In this document: positions 1-7,835 of the stretch, one piece after another
How the letters are laid out: every line of letters starts with the position of its first letter
Numbering within the stretch: the stretch's first letter is position 1
From: Pseudomonadota bacterium
GTDB lineage: Bacteria > Desulfobacterota > Desulfobacteria > Desulfobacterales > RPRI01
Length of the DNA: 16,878 nucleotides
Direction: 5' to 3'
NCBI GenBank assembly: GCA_043825875.1
Contig: JBDRRF010000073.1
Coordinates: 1-16,878 of the forward strand
Notes under the pieces: generated by a model
What the model saw: only the letters and a program-made list of their open reading frames with translations
What the model was told of the DNA's origin: nothing
Database searches by the model: none
Position numbers and translations under genes: made by a program

Positions 1-73
1 CATTAATTTTAAAATAACTTTTAATTTGCTTTTTAATTTGTTCTACATTTTTAATTTTTATTGTCTTTGGCAT
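1..73 (-). CDS. 5' fragment of a gene running off the left edge (MPKTIKIKNVEQIKKQIKSYFKIN...); possibly an IS630-family transposase N-terminus
   Basis: ATG at 73-71, open to position 1, with SD-like AAGGGGGTG just upstream (78-86). Only 24 codons are visible. The IS630 resemblance is from memory and tentative. Confidence 0.45.
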   Translation of the reverse strand, partial: MPKTIKIKNVEQIKKQIKSYFKIN

Positions 74-141
74 AATTCACCCCCTTGAAGTGAATATGCC
101 ACAACTTATTTATAAATGCAATTTATATTGCGCTTACTATA
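1..141 (-). mobile_element. Possible end of an IS630-like insertion sequence, ending in a TA run
   Basis: Short leader upstream of the putative transposase start, ending at palindromic TACTATATATAGTA (135-148). IS630/Tc1 elements target TA. The second end is not in the window. Confidence 0.3.
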
Positions 142-225
142 TATAGTATTATGGATTTCAAGCCTGCTTGCGTCTCCTCCAGGATTAGTTGTAATTTAAG
201 CTTGTTAGACCATAATCTAATTTTC

Positions 226-254
226 TTGTCTGATTTCCAAAAGTATGCTATATA
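226..254 (+). promoter_or_regulatory. Candidate sigma70 promoter for carD
   Basis: TTGTCT (226-231), 17-nt spacer ending TGC, then TATATA (249-254). AT-rich context makes chance matches possible. Confidence 0.35.
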
Positions 255-436
255 TATTTGTAGAGTATAAATGGATAAATAAGAATTATGTAAATATTAG
301 ATTAAAAAATAGATAAAAAACGGGGGATATGCAGAATATTTTTACTGGTATCAATTTCTTATATATTATCCTTTTTCTGAGTTTTCTGCATTTAATTTTT
401 GACAATATTAAAATAGGACAAAAGAGGTTAGTTATC

Positions 437-1039
437 ATGCGAAGGTCTTGTAACGCGGTATCGGCGGCAACCGATACTAACGCAAAAATAAACGGTGGAC
501 GAGCTGGGGTACGCTTCATAAGAAAAGAAGTACGTGAATTTCATGTAGGTGATCTTGCTGTATATCCTGCACATGGAGTCGGGCGAATAGAAGCTATTGA
601 AAATAAAATTGTAAATGGCGAAAAGCACGATTTTTATATCATAAAAGTTCTTGAAAACGGAATGGTTATTATGATTCCGACATGGAACGTTGATTCGGTT
701 GGGTTAAGGGACGTGATAAGTGAAGGAGAAGTTACCAAAATTTATGATTTTATGAAAAGCAAGAAAGAAACTCCTATCGATACCCAAACATGGAACCGCA
801 GATACAGAGATTATATGGACAAAATCAAAACAGGCTCATTATATGATGTTGCAGAGGTTTTCAGGGATCTTTACCTTTTGAAATTAACAAAAGATCTTTC
901 TTTCGGAGAGCGAAAACTTTTTGATACGGCTCAAACTCTTCTGGTAAAAGAGCTCTCAACCGCAAGACAAACCAGTGAAGACAAAATATTTTCCGAAATT
1001 GAATCCTTATTTACTGCTAAAGATAAGCCAAAGGATTAA
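437..1039 (+). CDS. carD: CarD/CdnL family RNA polymerase-binding transcription factor
   Basis: FHVGDLAVYPAHGVG N-terminal RID motif; conserved Trp in TWNRRYRDYMDKIKTGS; RDL and LSFGERK motifs, very like Myxococcus CdnL. ATG 437 has AGAGG upstream. The ORF-track start at 329 runs through AT-rich intergenic-looking sequence, so the start is uncertain. Confidence 0.95.
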   Translation: MRRSCNAVSAATDTNAKINGGRAGVRFIRKEVREFHVGDLAVYPAHGVGRIEAIENKIVNGEKHDFYIIKVLENGMVIMIPTWNVDSVGLRDVISEGEVTKIYDFMKSKKETPIDTQTWNRRYRDYMDKIKTGSLYDVAEVFRDLYLLKLTKDLSFGERKLFDTAQTLLVKELSTARQTSEDKIFSEIESLFTAKDKPKD

Positions 1040-1069
1040 TTTCCTGAGAATAAAAGTGGAACAATAAGT

Positions 1070-2161
1070 ATGTTCCCGAAAAAAGAGATTCACTTGATCC
1101 AAAATATGATCCAAGATGCCGCTGGCTCCTGTCGGCGGCATCCAAAATCAAATAATAATAACAGTATTCAACCTATATCTACAACCTCCATAAACCGTAT
1201 ATCTTCGGATGAGTTTACATTCCATGCAGACGAATCCGTTTCCGGAAAACGGCTTGATAGTGTAGTATCATCTTTTATTCCTTCCTGTTCACGATCAATT
1301 GCCGCTTCTCTTATAACCAAAGGAAAGATAACGGTTGAGGATCGTATAAAAAAACCAAGCTATAAAGTAAAATGCGGCGATAAAATCACAGGAGCAATTC
1401 CTGACCCGGAGCCGGTCTTATTTCTTCCCGAACCCATAGAATTAAATATTCTTTATGAAGATTCAGATATAATTGTTATAAACAAGCAGCCAGGTATTGT
1501 GGTACATCCTGCACCAGGTCATTATTCGGGAACTCTGGTTAATGCTCTTTTATTTCATTGTCCCGATTTAACCGGGATAGGAGGTGAAATAAGGCCAGGC
1601 ATAGTTCACAGGCTTGACAAAGATACCTCAGGAGCTCTTGTAGTTGCAAAAAATGATATTTCCCATACTAATCTTAGTTTACAGTTTAAGGAAAGAAAGG
1701 TTAAAAAGAAATATCTTGCTCTTGTTTGCGGTAACATGGAACCGGATTCCGGATCAATAAAACTTCCCATAGGAAGGCATCCTTCGGATAGAAAAAAAAT
1801 GTCCGTTTTAACCCGCAAGCCTAAAATGGCAGAAACTTTATGGGAAGTTCTTGAGCGTTTTAAAGTTGCAACACTCATTGAAATAGATCTTAAAACCGGA
1901 CGCACCCATCAGATACGGGTTCACTGTGCGGCAAAAAGGCATCCTGTTATAGGGGATCAGGTTTATGGCAACAAATCAAACCTATCTATTATCTCAAATT
2001 CAAACAAAAACCAGGAATTTTCTATGCAGGTTAAAAGGCATATGCTTCATGCCTGGAAAATAAGATTTGATCATCCTGTTACAAATAAAATAATGGAATT
2101 TGAAGCACCAATGCCTGAAGACATGAAAGAATTTATCAGTTCATTAAAAGGACTGTCTTAA
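1070..2161 (+). CDS. rluD: RluA-family pseudouridine synthase, RluD type (S4 domain + catalytic domain)
   Basis: GKRLD...SRS S4 domain, NKQPGIVVHPAPG, catalytic HRLDKDTSG, TGRTHQIRVH, HPVIGDQVYG, RHMLHA. Start uncertain (1070 or 1106). Confidence 0.92.
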   Translation: MFPKKEIHLIQNMIQDAAGSCRRHPKSNNNNSIQPISTTSINRISSDEFTFHADESVSGKRLDSVVSSFIPSCSRSIAASLITKGKITVEDRIKKPSYKVKCGDKITGAIPDPEPVLFLPEPIELNILYEDSDIIVINKQPGIVVHPAPGHYSGTLVNALLFHCPDLTGIGGEIRPGIVHRLDKDTSGALVVAKNDISHTNLSLQFKERKVKKKYLALVCGNMEPDSGSIKLPIGRHPSDRKKMSVLTRKPKMAETLWEVLERFKVATLIEIDLKTGRTHQIRVHCAAKRHPVIGDQVYGNKSNLSIISNSNKNQEFSMQVKRHMLHAWKIRFDHPVTNKIMEFEAPMPEDMKEFISSLKGLS

Positions 2162-2171
2162 AAACTTGGTT

Positions 2172-2762
2172 TTACAAAATATTTCTTTTATCATTAAACC
2201 TGTTCATTGCTTCTTCTATGCCGCTATAAAGAATTGTTACCGCAGCATCGCAGGCTGTTTTAATTGTAAGGTTTAACATATCTTTTTCTTTGGCGCTAAA
2301 TTTATCGAGAACATAGTTTGAAATGCTTGTGCCGGATTCAGAACGTCCTATACCTATGCGAATCCTGGAAATATTATCGCTTCCAAACGAATTTATCAAA
2401 GATATCATGCCCTTATGGCCACCAGACCCTCCCCTCTGATTTATTTTGATTCTTCCGAAAGCAAGATCTATATCATCATATATGATCAATATATCTTTTT
2501 GTAATATTTTATAAAAATTTGAAAGAGAATAAACCGGAAGTCCGCTTTTGTTCATAAATGCAACAGGCTTTGTCAGTATAACATTTATGCCTTCTATAAG
2601 CCCGCGTCCATATATTGTTTCAAACTTTTTTTTCTCAACCGGAATAGAAAAAGTATCCGCTAACGCATCAATTACCATAAATCCGGCATTATGACGGGTT
2701 TTTGCATATGTATTGCCGGGATTACCTAAACCGGCAATAAGGCAAACTCTTTTTTCTGGCAT
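2172..2762 (-). CDS. pth: Peptidyl-tRNA hydrolase
   Basis: GLGNPG..Y..TRHNAGF, KP..FMNKSG, YDDIDL, GGSGGHKG, RIRIGIGR; follows rplY as usual. Confidence 0.97.
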   Translation of the reverse strand: MPEKRVCLIAGLGNPGNTYAKTRHNAGFMVIDALADTFSIPVEKKKFETIYGRGLIEGINVILTKPVAFMNKSGLPVYSLSNFYKILQKDILIIYDDIDLAFGRIKINQRGGSGGHKGMISLINSFGSDNISRIRIGIGRSESGTSISNYVLDKFSAKEKDMLNLTIKTACDAAVTILYSGIEEAMNRFNDKRNIL

Positions 2763-2784
2763 AACCTATGTGCTTGTTAGTTTA

Positions 2785-3438
2785 TTATTCTTTCTCTTCT
2801 GATTTCGTTTCCTGCTTGGCTGCTGTATCTTCAGCTACAACCTCATCCTCTTCTTCTTCAACTGCTTTTTCTTCGGACTTGGTAGAAAGAACCGTAACTA
2901 CCGTATAATTTATATCATCTGGAAATTCAACTTCTTGCGGCAGCACTAAATCTTTAACATGTATAGAATCGCCAATGTCAAGCTCCGTAATGTCAACTTC
3001 AATTGATTCCGGAATTCCAACGGGTAAACATAATACTTCTATTTCCCTCTTGATTACCTGAAGCATTCCGCCAGAATCTATCCCTTTTGCAATACCCTTG
3101 GTAACAACAGGAATCTTTACCTTGATTTTTCTATCCATTGAAATTTCATAAAAATCAACATGCAAAAGCTTTCTGGATAACGGATGAGTTTGCAATTCCT
3201 TAATCATTGCTGTTCTGGCATGTGAGGAGCCGTTTTGTATCTCAATGTTTAAAAGCGCCTGTTTAATATTTCCTTTTTTTAGTATATCTTCAAGGTCTTT
3301 ATTTGATACAGATAATAAAACCGTATCTTTACCCGGGCCGTATATTACAGCCGGAACTTCACCCATACGCCTTAATGCTCTTGCCGGACTGTTGCCGGTA
3401 GATTCTCTTAATTTTGCTTTAATATTTAATAACTCCAA
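2785..3438 (-). CDS. rplY: 50S ribosomal protein L25 / Ctc (long form with acidic tail)
   Basis: ARALRR.G.VPAVIYG, KELQTHP, LLHVDF, IGDSIHVKDL, Glu-rich C-tail. The likely start is TTG at 3438 with AAGGAGG 8 nt upstream, rather than ATG 3462. Confidence 0.95.
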   Translation of the reverse strand: MELLNIKAKLRESTGNSPARALRRMGEVPAVIYGPGKDTVLLSVSNKDLEDILKKGNIKQALLNIEIQNGSSHARTAMIKELQTHPLSRKLLHVDFYEISMDRKIKVKIPVVTKGIAKGIDSGGMLQVIKREIEVLCLPVGIPESIEVDITELDIGDSIHVKDLVLPQEVEFPDDINYTVVTVLSTKSEEKAVEEEEDEVVAEDTAAKQETKSEEKE

Positions 3439-3678
3439 TAGATTTTCCTCCTTATTGTTCATGGATTCATATTGAAAAAATCAACCATTTTCCAAAATAA
3501 AAAATCCATATGCTTAATCAACATCGCATCTGGAGCTTTTAGTTTTACAATTTTAATATGATTTTTCAGGTTAACTAACCATAGAGTCCACAGATAAAAC
3601 GTGAGAGAATCAAATAATACTAAATTCTTAATAGAAATAAAATACCCGTATGTTTTATGTTTCTGGAACTCATATTAT

Positions 3679-4617
3679 TTAAACAAACAGCGATGTTACC
3701 GAATCTCCGTTATAACTTCGGATTATGGCCTCACCAACAAGCTTATATGATGATAATACCTTTATTTTATTGCATGCTAAAGCTTCTTTATTCAGAGGTA
3801 TCGTATCCGTAACGACAAGGCTTTTAAGAGGCGAATCAGTAATACGCGAAATTGCCAGGCCTGATAAAACCGGATGCGAGCAACAGGCATGAATTTCTTT
3901 TGCTCCGTTTTTAATAATTGCTACTGCAGCCTCCGTTAGAGTACCGGCTGTATCGACCATATCATCTATAATTATCGCAATTTTTTCCCTGACATCGCCT
4001 ATTACCGACATACCTTTTACTTTGTTTGGCACCTCTCTGCGTTTATCTATCACAGCCAGATCGCAATTAAGGCGCTTGGCATATGCTCTTGCCCTTTCAG
4101 CACCACCGGCATCCGGAGATACAATAACAAGGTTGTTTTCAAAATTAGATTTAATATAATCTATAATTACAGGAGCCGCAAACAAATTATCCACAGGAAT
4201 ATTAAAAAACCCCTGAATCTGACCTGCATGCAAATCCATGGTAATAAGCCTGTTTGTTCCTGCTACAGTAAGCAGATCTGCAACCAGTTTAGCGCTTATA
4301 GGAACACGAGGAGCTACTTTTTTGTCCTGTCTTGCATAACCGTAATAAGGTATAACAGCGGTTATTCTCCTTGCTGAAGAACGTTTTAGCGCATCTACCA
4401 TCAAAAGCAACTCAATAAGATTATCATTAACCGGGGCACATGTTGATTGAACAACAAAAACATCTTTTGATCTGACGTTTTCATTTATTTCAATCTGTAT
4501 CTCACCATCACTAAAGGTTTTAACTTTGGCATCGCCAAGATCAACTTTAAGATAATCACATATTTTAGTAGACAAATCGATGCTTGAGTTGCCGGAAAAG
4601 ATTACATAATCACTCAT
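3679..4617 (-). CDS. prs: Ribose-phosphate pyrophosphokinase
   Basis: [49 protein letters not shown] motif. Confidence 0.98.
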   Translation of the reverse strand: MSDYVIFSGNSSIDLSTKICDYLKVDLGDAKVKTFSDGEIQIEINENVRSKDVFVVQSTCAPVNDNLIELLLMVDALKRSSARRITAVIPYYGYARQDKKVAPRVPISAKLVADLLTVAGTNRLITMDLHAGQIQGFFNIPVDNLFAAPVIIDYIKSNFENNLVIVSPDAGGAERARAYAKRLNCDLAVIDKRREVPNKVKGMSVIGDVREKIAIIIDDMVDTAGTLTEAAVAIIKNGAKEIHACCSHPVLSGLAISRITDSPLKSLVVTDTIPLNKEALACNKIKVLSSYKLVGEAIIRSYNGDSVTSLFV

Positions 4618-4714
4618 TCTTTATTCCAATGTTTCATTAATGATATCTTCGTTACAATTTTAAAAATCCAACAAATTCCTATTATTCTTTCATCTGTTTC
4701 AATATAAAAAATAA

Positions 4715-4789
4715 TGGTTGGGGTGGGAGGATTCGAACCCCCGAATGCAGGAACCAAAGTCCTGTGTCTTACCGCTTGACGACACCCCA
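4715..4789 (-). tRNA. tRNA-Gln (anticodon TTG), CCA encoded
   Basis: Minus strand TGGGGTG-TC-GTCAAGCGGTAAGAC-A-CAGGA-CTTTGGT-TCCTG-CATTC-GGGGG-TTCGAAT-CCTCC-CACCCCA-A-CCA folds into a cloverleaf. Canonical position between ispE and prs. Confidence 0.97.
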
Positions 4790-4841
4790 GAAACAAGATA
4801 AAAAACACATTAAGGTCGTATAACTATCCAAAGATACCGTT

Positions 4842-5675
4842 TCAATTTATTGAATCAACAACAAATATACGCCACCCTCTATTTTGCGAAAGAACCGTAA
4901 CTGCGTTTGCTGCACTGTTTTTATCCGGGAAAAGACCGAATACCGAAGATCCGCTTCCCGACATAAGAACACCTGAAGCTTTTTGCTTTAATAAAGCCTC
5001 TTTTATTTTATTTATTTCAGGATACATTGAAGCAGCAACATACTCAAGATCATTACAAAGAAGCTGTGCATCAAATTCCTGTTTAAGGGATAAGCTCTTA
5101 AATTTTTTTTTACAATTTGTCAATCCTAAATTCAGTTTTTTATAAACATCTGCCGTTGAAACGCTAAATCCGGGGTAAACAATCAAGATCTTATAGGCCA
5201 ATTTCAAAGCATGTTCTTCAAGCTTTTCACCTATACCGGTTGCCAAAGCAGGCTTATTAAATAAAAAAAAGGGGACATCCGCACCAATTTCAAGACCCAT
5301 TGACATTATTTCTTCTATTGAAAACGGATTGCCGAAGTGAATGTTTAATGCTGATAATACAGATGCGGCATTGCTGCTTCCTCCCCCAAGCCCTGCACCT
5401 GAAGGAATATTTTTTTCTATATGTATCTTAACCCCTATATTTTTTTTTAATTTCCCCGAAAAAAGATTGACCGCTTTTATGGCATGATTTTTTTCATCGC
5501 ATGGAATTTCATGATCGGTACATGTAAGGGAAGTAGCGCCATTACTGAAATTAATATGCAGTATATCATATAAATTCACACAACACATTAATGTTTCAAT
5601 TTCATGATAGCCATCGGGTCTTTTTCCTAATACATGCAAAAACAGATTGACTTTCGCTGGAGAAAGGATTTTCAA
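4842..5675 (-). CDS. ispE: 4-(cytidine 5'-diphospho)-2-C-methyl-D-erythritol kinase
   Basis: SPAKVNLFL..GKRPDGYHEI, GHMP motif KNIPSGAGLGGGSSNAA, GADVPFF, MSGSGSSVFG; TTG start. Confidence 0.96.
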   Translation of the reverse strand: MKILSPAKVNLFLHVLGKRPDGYHEIETLMCCVNLYDILHINFSNGATSLTCTDHEIPCDEKNHAIKAVNLFSGKLKKNIGVKIHIEKNIPSGAGLGGGSSNAASVLSALNIHFGNPFSIEEIMSMGLEIGADVPFFLFNKPALATGIGEKLEEHALKLAYKILIVYPGFSVSTADVYKKLNLGLTNCKKKFKSLSLKQEFDAQLLCNDLEYVAASMYPEINKIKEALLKQKASGVLMSGSGSSVFGLFPDKNSAANAVTVLSQNRGWRIFVVDSIN

Positions 5676-5708
5676 TTAATGCCACCTGTTATATTGTAAA
5701 ACTCTTGG

Positions 5709-5751
5709 AAAAAATGCTTGGTGGGGAAATCTTTCCTTTCCCCACCAAGCA
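5709..5751 (-). terminator. Intrinsic terminator after the Do/DegQ protease gene
   Basis: Perfect 15-bp inverted repeat TGCTTGGTGGGGAAA (5715-5729) / TTTCCCCACCAAGCA (5737-5751), 7-nt loop, followed on the minus strand by T6 (5714-5709). Confidence 0.88.
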
Positions 5752-5762
5752 AGCATGGTAAC

Positions 5763-7283
5763 TTATTTTGAAATTTTTATTAAAATATAGCCAACTTTAT
5801 CTCTTCGCAAAAGAATATTTAAAGGTTTATCCTTTTTTATTTTGTTTAGTTCTTCAGCATATTCTCTTACAGACTTTATAGGCTGATGATTTATTTCTTT
5901 GATAATATCGCCGGGTACTATACCGGCTTCGGCAGCTATGCCATCGGGATCAATTGCAACTACAATAGCACCCTCATTATCAGAAATATTAAAGCGTCTT
6001 GCTATATCAGGAGTAAGATCGGCAACACGAATACCTATATCATCATCTGACTGCCCTCTTGTGGAATCTCTGGCCGAAGCTATTTTCTCATCCAATCTTT
6101 TGGCAATTTCAACATTAACTATCTTTTCCTTGCCATTTCGCAACACCTTGATTTTAGCACTTTTGCCTACACTCATTGCAGCTACTATTTTAAGAAGAGT
6201 TCTGCTTGAGTCAATTTTTTGATCGTTAATCTCGGTAATAATGTCCTTTGACCTTATTCCCGCCTTATCGGCAGGATCTCCGGGAATAACATCTGAAACA
6301 AGAACACCTTTTCCATCTTCAATACCTAAATATTCAGATATATCGGCAGGCAAATCCTGGATAGTGACACCAAGCCACCCTCTGGTTACGTCACCATATT
6401 TTTTCAACTGATCAACGATTCCCCTGGCAAGATTGATAGGTATCGCAAACCCGATGCCCTGCCCGCCTGCAATGATAATCGTATTTATACCTATAACCTC
6501 ACCGTTCATATTCAACAAAGGTCCACCGCTGTTGCCCGGGTTTATGGAAGCATCAGTTTGAATATAATCATCATAAGGGCCGGAACCTATTACCCGGCCT
6601 TTTGCGCTGACTATTCCGGCCGTCACTGTGTGCTCCAAACCAAACGGACTACCTATTGCTACAACCCACTGGCCGACTTTCAATGCATCGGAATTGCCAA
6701 GTTTCAAAACCGGAAGATTGTTTTTATCTTTTATTTTAATAAGCGCAAGATCAGTGTTTGGATCACGACCAATGATTTCGGCATTATATTCTTTCTCATT
6801 TTTTAATATAACTTTTATTTTATCAGAGTCTTGCACTACATGATTATTTGTAACTATATATCCTTCTTTATCAATTATAAACCCTGAGCCAAGGCTGCGC
6901 TGCTTAAATTCTCTTTGCTGGTTAGGGCCAAAGAATTTGTTGAAAAAATCTTCCATAGGGTCATCATCTCCGGATGGCCCTCTGCGAAACTGCCGGAACA
7001 TATTTTTTGTTTTCGCAGTTCTTACTGTCTGGATGTTTACTACTGCCGGGCTGGCCATTTCTGCAAGATCACTGAAACTTTCCGGAATCATCCTTGTTTC
7101 AGGCGGATTTGTTTCTTTATCGAAACCCGACGCATCCGTAATTGCTTTTTGGCCTACAGCAGGTTGTGCGTTACTGTCTGACAAAGAGTTAAAACATGAA
7201 ATCACCAAAACAATTGTTGCTATAGCCAAAACAATAAAAACTGCCTTTTGCCGCTTAATTGCTGCAAATTTATCAAGCCACAT
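5763..7283 (-). CDS. Do/DegP/DegQ (HtrA) family serine endoprotease with two PDZ domains
   Basis: N-terminal hydrophobic segment, GSGFII, TNNHVV, TDLALIK, QTDASINPGNSGGPL, RGWLGV and GIRV PDZ starts; SD AAAGGAGG before ATG. Confidence 0.95.
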   Translation of the reverse strand: MWLDKFAAIKRQKAVFIVLAIATIVLVISCFNSLSDSNAQPAVGQKAITDASGFDKETNPPETRMIPESFSDLAEMASPAVVNIQTVRTAKTKNMFRQFRRGPSGDDDPMEDFFNKFFGPNQQREFKQRSLGSGFIIDKEGYIVTNNHVVQDSDKIKVILKNEKEYNAEIIGRDPNTDLALIKIKDKNNLPVLKLGNSDALKVGQWVVAIGSPFGLEHTVTAGIVSAKGRVIGSGPYDDYIQTDASINPGNSGGPLLNMNGEVIGINTIIIAGGQGIGFAIPINLARGIVDQLKKYGDVTRGWLGVTIQDLPADISEYLGIEDGKGVLVSDVIPGDPADKAGIRSKDIITEINDQKIDSSRTLLKIVAAMSVGKSAKIKVLRNGKEKIVNVEIAKRLDEKIASARDSTRGQSDDDIGIRVADLTPDIARRFNISDNEGAIVVAIDPDGIAAEAGIVPGDIIKEINHQPIKSVREYAEELNKIKKDKPLNILLRRDKVGYILIKISK

Positions 7284-7308
7284 TAGTGCCTCCTTTGATA
7301 TCGGAACT

Positions 7309-7737
7309 TTATTTTTTTTCTTTCACATAAATAATTCTTAAATCATAAAGTATGCTTTTTAGCATTCCTTCTTCATCTTTTGATAAATTACCTCTGGTTT
7401 TTTCTTCCAGCATACTCAAAATATCTATTGTCTGTTTGGCAATGGAAAGATTGGTTTCTTTATTTCCGGTCACAGGATTTTCAACAATCCCAAGGTTTAC
7501 AAGTGCGGATGCATTCAGAGACATAATAAAGGTTGGAAAATTGATTTCAGGCAAACATGCTTCGGCATCCTCTTTATCCGGTCTTTTATCTGAAGGCTTA
7601 TTTTTGCTTTTCTCTTGTTTTGTTGAGTCCTCAACTTTAGTTTCATCTGCGTTTTCTTTTTCATCAATATTTTCATTTTCCTGGGAAAAAATTCTTCGGT
7701 CTTTTACTGTAAAATTGGGTTTATTTTCTTCAGGCAT
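7309..7737 (-). CDS. DUF1844-family protein
   Basis: FTVKDRR N-terminus, LPEINFPTFIMSL..SALVNLG, AKQTIDILSMLEEKTRGNL..DE..ML..ILYDLR pattern; SD AAGGAG. Confidence 0.8.
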   Translation of the reverse strand: MPEENKPNFTVKDRRIFSQENENIDEKENADETKVEDSTKQEKSKNKPSDKRPDKEDAEACLPEINFPTFIMSLNASALVNLGIVENPVTGNKETNLSIAKQTIDILSMLEEKTRGNLSKDEEGMLKSILYDLRIIYVKEKK

Positions 7738-7835
7738 AGCTATTCTCCTTATATTTCCAAAAACTCGGATTTCAAGTAAAGAATATATTTGAACCGCTTG
7801 TACAGTTTTTCTGACATACTACTATCCCATTTATA

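Noticed and set aside
399..414. TTGACA upstream of carD
   Set aside because: No -10 hexamer at 16-18 nt; TAAAAT is only 4 nt away.
329..436. Hydrophobic N-terminal extension of the CarD ORF as a membrane anchor
   Set aside because: Composition matches AT-rich intergenic DNA, and CarD/CdnL proteins are soluble. The GGGGG before ATG 329 is too close to be a good SD, so a downstream start is more plausible.
4614..4808. 64-aa ORF
   Set aside because: Runs through the tRNA-Gln gene.
5899..7792. + strand ORFs antisense to the protease and DUF1844-like genes
   Set aside because: Fully overlap confident genes; their Ser/Phe/Leu/Ile-rich composition mirrors sense-strand codons.
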